From NCBI GenBank assembly GCA_934122275.1, contig CAKOWI010000006.1:39362-71361 (forward strand): 32,000 nucleotides of DNA. Direction: 5' to 3'. The notes under the pieces were generated by a model that was given only the letters and a program-made list of their open reading frames with translations, was not told the origin of the DNA and did no database searches. This DNA is from an uncultured Bacilli bacterium. Its GTDB lineage: Bacteria > Bacillota_I > Bacilli_A > RF39 > UBA660. Below, piece after piece: positions 28,899 through 32,000 of this stretch; positions within the stretch are counted from its first letter, which is position 1; every line of letters starts with the position of its first letter. Position numbers and translations under genes: made by a program.

Positions 28899-30791
28899 AT
28901 GAACTTTGGTTTAAATAATAAGTTTACGTTACTTTCAGAAGAAGAAATTTTTGGAAGTCAAGAAATAGATATTATTAGTAAAATGGGTGGTAGGTGTGCA
29001 ATATCTGATTTTGCAATCCTTTTAGGTGCTTATGTATCTAATGATTATTTTATAGAAGATGATAGTTCATTAAAAGGCAGAACAACTTGGTGGTGGACTA
29101 GATCTTCTGGTGGCGATGGTAATGTTCGTAATGTCCTCAGGGATGGTAGTCGTTCCTGGGATAAGGCATGTAAGCGTTCCGGTGCCGTTCGCCCAGCTTT
29201 ACCGTTTTCTAGCATCTCTGACATCTCCCCGAACGTAGTGAGGGGAAGAAGTGGATTTTTGGAAGTTGAATATGGAGAATATCCACAATATGCAGTTGAC
29301 ACAAGATTAGCTAGAACACTTGATAGCGAATATTCAGCAGGTAGATTAAAAAAAACAGGTAAGACATATACAACAGATTCAAGAGTATGGAATGCTTCTT
29401 CAGAGAGTTTTAAAGCGAGAGAACATCATGAATATGAATATAATGGTAAGAAATATGTCAAGGTGAAATATGTTGATACCGACTCTTGCAAATTATCAAA
29501 TGGCGAAAGTTATCAAATTGGTAATGAAGTTTGGGTTGAAGTTGCACCAATAAAATGGCTAGTTGATGAAAAATCAAGATTAATGTTAAGTAAGACTTGT
29601 CTTGCTTCTGGAATAAGATTTTGTAATAATGGACAATATAGAGGCGATTTTGAGAGAAGCGAGATGTATATGTTCTTAAATACATATTTTGCAAAAGACA
29701 TAACACCGACTGTTGTTCATGAAATGACACCAGAAGAAAAAGCACAATATGAAGAAGAACAAAAACAAGCTGAAAGAAGAAGAAACCCTTATGGTTTGAA
29801 ATTTGGACAAGTTAGTGAAGAAGAAATTATAAAAGGAGCAATAGAAAGTGGAGTTGCAGTATTCTTGCATGGACCTTCATCAGAAGGTAAATCTGCAAGA
29901 GTTAAGCAAATTGATCCAACTTGTGAAATTATATATCTTCGTAATGCTACACCAGAAAGTTTAAATGGTAAAAGTGTTTATAATCAAGCAACAGGCGAAA
30001 TGATGGATGTTAAGCCAAGTTGGTTGAAAAAATTAGAAGAAAAATGTGCAAATGAGCCAGATAGATTTCATATTGTGTTTTTAGATGAAATAACTAATGC
30101 ATTACCTAGTATTCAAGGTATAGCATTTAACATTGTATTAGATAGAGAAGTTAATGGTATTTGGAAATTACCAGAAAATGCAAGAATTGTTGCAGCAGGA
30201 AATGATATGAAAGATTCATTAGCTGCAAATCAATTAGCAGAGCCATTATTCAATAGATTTGCTCATGTATATATTAAAACAACTACTGAAAGTTGGTTAA
30301 AATGGGCAAGTGAACATAATATACATCCAGCAATTTATTCTTATATTGCTTATAAGAATGGTGAAACATTAAGAAGTAAGTATGATGGTGAGAAACCTAA
30401 TGCTGATCCTAGAAAATGGGAAATGGCTTCTAAAATGCTTTATGCAACAGGAAGTCCAGAAATGTTAAGGGCATTAGTAGGTGAAGATATAACAAGAGAA
30501 TTTGTTGAGTTTTGTAATCAACAAGTAATAACATTAGATGATGTATTAAATGGAAATTATACCGATAGAGATATACAGGCATTAAATACTGCTGAAAGAT
30601 ATGCAACAGCTATGGGATTAACACAGGTAGATGATGATAATTTAGAAAAAGATAGAGGATTCGTTACAGGATTAGGAGCAGAATTTGGAGCAATTTTTGA
30701 TGCTTTATGGACACATGGCGATGAAAGAAAGTTAGAAAGACTTGCAGAAGCAAAACTTGCTGAAATACCTGGAGGAGGTATAAGAAGATAA
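28899..30791 (+). CDS. Fusion protein: N-terminal WWxRS...VRPAL lectin-like (DUF6273/DUF1566-like) domain plus C-terminal MoxR/AAA_5-type AAA+ ATPase
   Basis: N-terminal FTLLSEEEIFG...AISDFAILLGAY...TTWWWTRSSG...GAVRPALPF, then PIKWLVDEKSRLMLSKTCL...SEMYMFLNTYFAKDI. C-terminal Walker A GPSSEGKS, Walker B HIVFLDEITNA, sensor-1 RIVAAGND and PLFNRFAHVY. GTGAGGT SD. No signal peptide or TM segment. Confidence 0.8.
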   Translation: MNFGLNNKFTLLSEEEIFGSQEIDIISKMGGRCAISDFAILLGAYVSNDYFIEDDSSLKGRTTWWWTRSSGGDGNVRNVLRDGSRSWDKACKRSGAVRPALPFSSISDISPNVVRGRSGFLEVEYGEYPQYAVDTRLARTLDSEYSAGRLKKTGKTYTTDSRVWNASSESFKAREHHEYEYNGKKYVKVKYVDTDSCKLSNGESYQIGNEVWVEVAPIKWLVDEKSRLMLSKTCLASGIRFCNNGQYRGDFERSEMYMFLNTYFAKDITPTVVHEMTPEEKAQYEEEQKQAERRRNPYGLKFGQVSEEEIIKGAIESGVAVFLHGPSSEGKSARVKQIDPTCEIIYLRNATPESLNGKSVYNQATGEMMDVKPSWLKKLEEKCANEPDRFHIVFLDEITNALPSIQGIAFNIVLDREVNGIWKLPENARIVAAGNDMKDSLAANQLAEPLFNRFAHVYIKTTTESWLKWASEHNIHPAIYSYIAYKNGETLRSKYDGEKPNADPRKWEMASKMLYATGSPEMLRALVGEDITREFVEFCNQQVITLDDVLNGNYTDRDIQALNTAERYATAMGLTQVDDDNLEKDRGFVTGLGAEFGAIFDALWTHGDERKLERLAEAKLAEIPGGGIRR

Positions 30792-31183
30792 TGGAAAACA
30801 AGAAAGAAATATTATTATCATATATTAAAGCAAATGTTGCACCAATATTAGTTGATTTTATATCTGGTAAAGATATAAATGGTGCAGTTGTCTTACCTGC
30901 CAATGTTGATGTTAAAGAGTTAAATGGTCATTATGATGGAGCAGATTTTATGCCACCAAAATGGCTTAATGAAATATTAAGTACAAATGCAAGTAAAATT
31001 TTAGTAATTGATAAAATTGATGCAATAGCAAAAGAAGAACAATTAAAATTTTGTGAATTATTAGAACATAGGAAAATATCTACATTTGAATTACCAAAAA
31101 GCTGTGTGATAATTGTAACAGCGAACGAAATAAATAAAGATAAGATTAACGAAGAAATATTCTCATTAGTTGCACGAATTTGA
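30791..31183 (+). CDS. Truncated, catalytically degenerate AAA+ module (paralog of the ATPase core of the preceding gene)
   Basis: The start overlaps the upstream stop (TAATG). FMPPKWLNEIL...KILVIDKIDAIAKEEQLKFCELLEHRKISTFELPKSCVIIVTANE...INEEIFSLVARI aligns by eye with ORF1 MDVKPSWLKKL...HIVFLDEITNALPSIQGIAFNIVLDREVNGIWKLPENARIVAAGND...LAEPLFNRFAHV. There is no P-loop, and Walker B is DK rather than DE. Confidence 0.7.
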   Translation: MENKKEILLSYIKANVAPILVDFISGKDINGAVVLPANVDVKELNGHYDGADFMPPKWLNEILSTNASKILVIDKIDAIAKEEQLKFCELLEHRKISTFELPKSCVIIVTANEINKDKINEEIFSLVARI

Positions 31184-31193
31184 GGTATAAATT

Positions 31194-32000
31194 ATGAAAT
31201 ATGATATTGAAGCGTTAAAAAGGAAAATGCTTGTTAAATATCCATTTTTTGGGAGTGTAGTAGCAAGCGTTGGTTATAAGGAAAATAAAGATATATCAAC
31301 TGCTGGTACAGATGGAGAAATAATTTACTACAATCCTAAATATTTAGAAAGTTTAAGTGTTGAAGAGCAAACTTTTATATTTGCTCATGAAGTATGTCAT
31401 ATTGCATTTAATCATATCTTAAGAAGTGAAGGTAAAGATCCAGAGTTATGGAATATTGCTACTGATGGTGTTATTAATCAATTTCTTAAAAGAGATGGAT
31501 TAAAAATGGCAAAAGGTGGAGTTGATATTGCTGAAGCTATAAACTATGATGCTGAACAATTATATGAAAAACTATTACAAGAAAAGCAGCAAAGACAACA
31601 GCGACAACAAAATGGACAGGGTAATGGTCAAAATCAACAAAGTAATCAACAACAAAATCAGCAACAAAGTGGTAGCAGTGGGCAAAGTGGAAATAGTCAA
31701 CAAAAACAATCGCAACAACAGAGTGGTAATTCTCAAAGCCAAGACCAACAACAAAATCAAGAAAATCAGCAACAAAATGGTGGCGGTAGACAAAGTGGAG
31801 ATAACCAACAGCAATCACAATCTCAACAACAAAATAGTTCTGGTGGTGGAAGTTCACAAGAACAAGATAAACAATCACAAGAACAAAGTGGTGGTGGATT
31901 TAGCGAGGATTCACAAGAAGAAGAAAAACAACAAGATGTTGGACATGATACTCACAGTATGTGGGAACAAGCAGTAAAAAAACATAAAGAGGAACAAGAA
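31194..32000 (+). CDS. HExxH putative metallopeptidase (DUF2201_N-like) with Q/N/S/G-rich linker; 3' end beyond the window (a VWA-like domain is expected)
   Basis: Not in the ORF track (open to the window edge). My translation is MKYDIEALKRKMLVKYPFFGSVVASVGYKENKDISTAGTDGEIIYYNPKYLESLSVEEQTFIFAHEVCHIAFNHILRSEGKDPELWNIATDGVINQFLKRDGL...QQRQQRQQNGQGNGQNQQSNQQQ...HDTHSMWEQAVKKHKEEQE, 269 codons without a stop. GAGGT SD 7 nt upstream. Confidence 0.8.
   Translation, partial: MKYDIEALKRKMLVKYPFFGSVVASVGYKENKDISTAGTDGEIIYYNPKYLESLSVEEQTFIFAHEVCHIAFNHILRSEGKDPELWNIATDGVINQFLKRDGLKMAKGGVDIAEAINYDAEQLYEKLLQEKQQRQQRQQNGQGNGQNQQSNQQQNQQQSGSSGQSGNSQQKQSQQQSGNSQSQDQQQNQENQQQNGGGRQSGDNQQQSQSQQQNSSGGGSSQEQDKQSQEQSGGGFSEDSQEEEKQQDVGHDTHSMWEQAVKKHKEEQE
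31578..31934 (+). repeat. CAA/CAG/GGT-rich low-complexity coding tract (Q/N/S/G linker)
   Basis: About 120 codons dominated by caa, cag, aat, agt and ggt. This tract generates the spurious alternative-frame ORFs 31546-31977(+), 31537-31878(-) and 31575-31814(-). Confidence 0.8.

Noticed and set aside
29045-29302. 85-aa antisense ORF inside ORF1
   Set aside because: It exists only because the 52% GC patch lacks stop codons on the opposite strand. There is no SD and it is fully nested in a well-supported sense gene.
31537-31977. Three overlapping ORFs (31546-31977 +, 31537-31878 -, 31575-31814 -)
   Set aside because: These are alternative-frame or antisense artefacts of the CAA/CAG repeat tract. 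The frame starting at 31194 has an SD, a recognisable HExxH domain and stays open to the window edge.
27019-32000. Search for a DGR template repeat matching the 29095-29246 patch
   Set aside because: Anchors such as tggtggtgg, gttcgccc and ccagcttta have no second occurrence in the island. The only other tggtgg hits are in gyrA, gyrB, the agrC-like gene and the Q-rich tract, and those are unrelated. An active DGR therefore cannot be claimed from this window; only the compositional signature is reported.

Overview
Very AT-rich Firmicute chromosome, genetic code 11 (TGG is Trp; TAA and TGA act as stops). Gene order is Bacilli/Erysipelotrichia-like and the organism is a spore former (spoIID and a spoIIQ-like gene are present); this taxon guess is low confidence.

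Positions 1-27018 are the replication-origin core. On the minus strand: gyrA (partial), gyrB, recF, a ComK homolog, dnaN and dnaA. A bipartite oriC lies upstream of dnaA and in the dnaA-dnaN spacer. On the plus strand: rpmH, rnpA, yidC, jag, mnmE, a decayed YhcG-like nuclease pseudogene, mnmG, rsmG, an orphan acidic low-complexity protein, rpiB, a DUF1146-like protein, spoIID, a spoIIQ-like gene and mbl. Next comes an agr-type quorum-sensing locus: agrA-like and agrC-like genes on the plus strand converge on agrB and agrD on the minus strand. AgrD (41 aa) is absent from the ORF track. The core ends with csp, hpf and secA.

An accessory island starts right after the secA stop (27019 onward). 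It opens with an array of 11-bp repeats. Then comes mobile-element debris: a roughly 100-aa tyrosine-integrase stub, an IS21 remnant, and a reverse-transcriptase thumb fragment.

The most interesting locus is a tightly coupled three-gene cassette at 28899->32000:
- A lectin-like (WWxRS...VRPAL) domain fused to a MoxR-type AAA+ ATPase.
- A catalytically dead paralog of that ATPase core.
- An HExxH (DUF2201_N-like) protein with a Q-rich linker that runs off the window.

Inside the lectin-like domain is a roughly 130-bp patch that is 52% GC, adenine-depleted and rich in NNY codons. It looks like a diversity-generating retroelement variable region, but no template repeat is visible in the window.

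I saw no rRNA, tRNA or CRISPR array.
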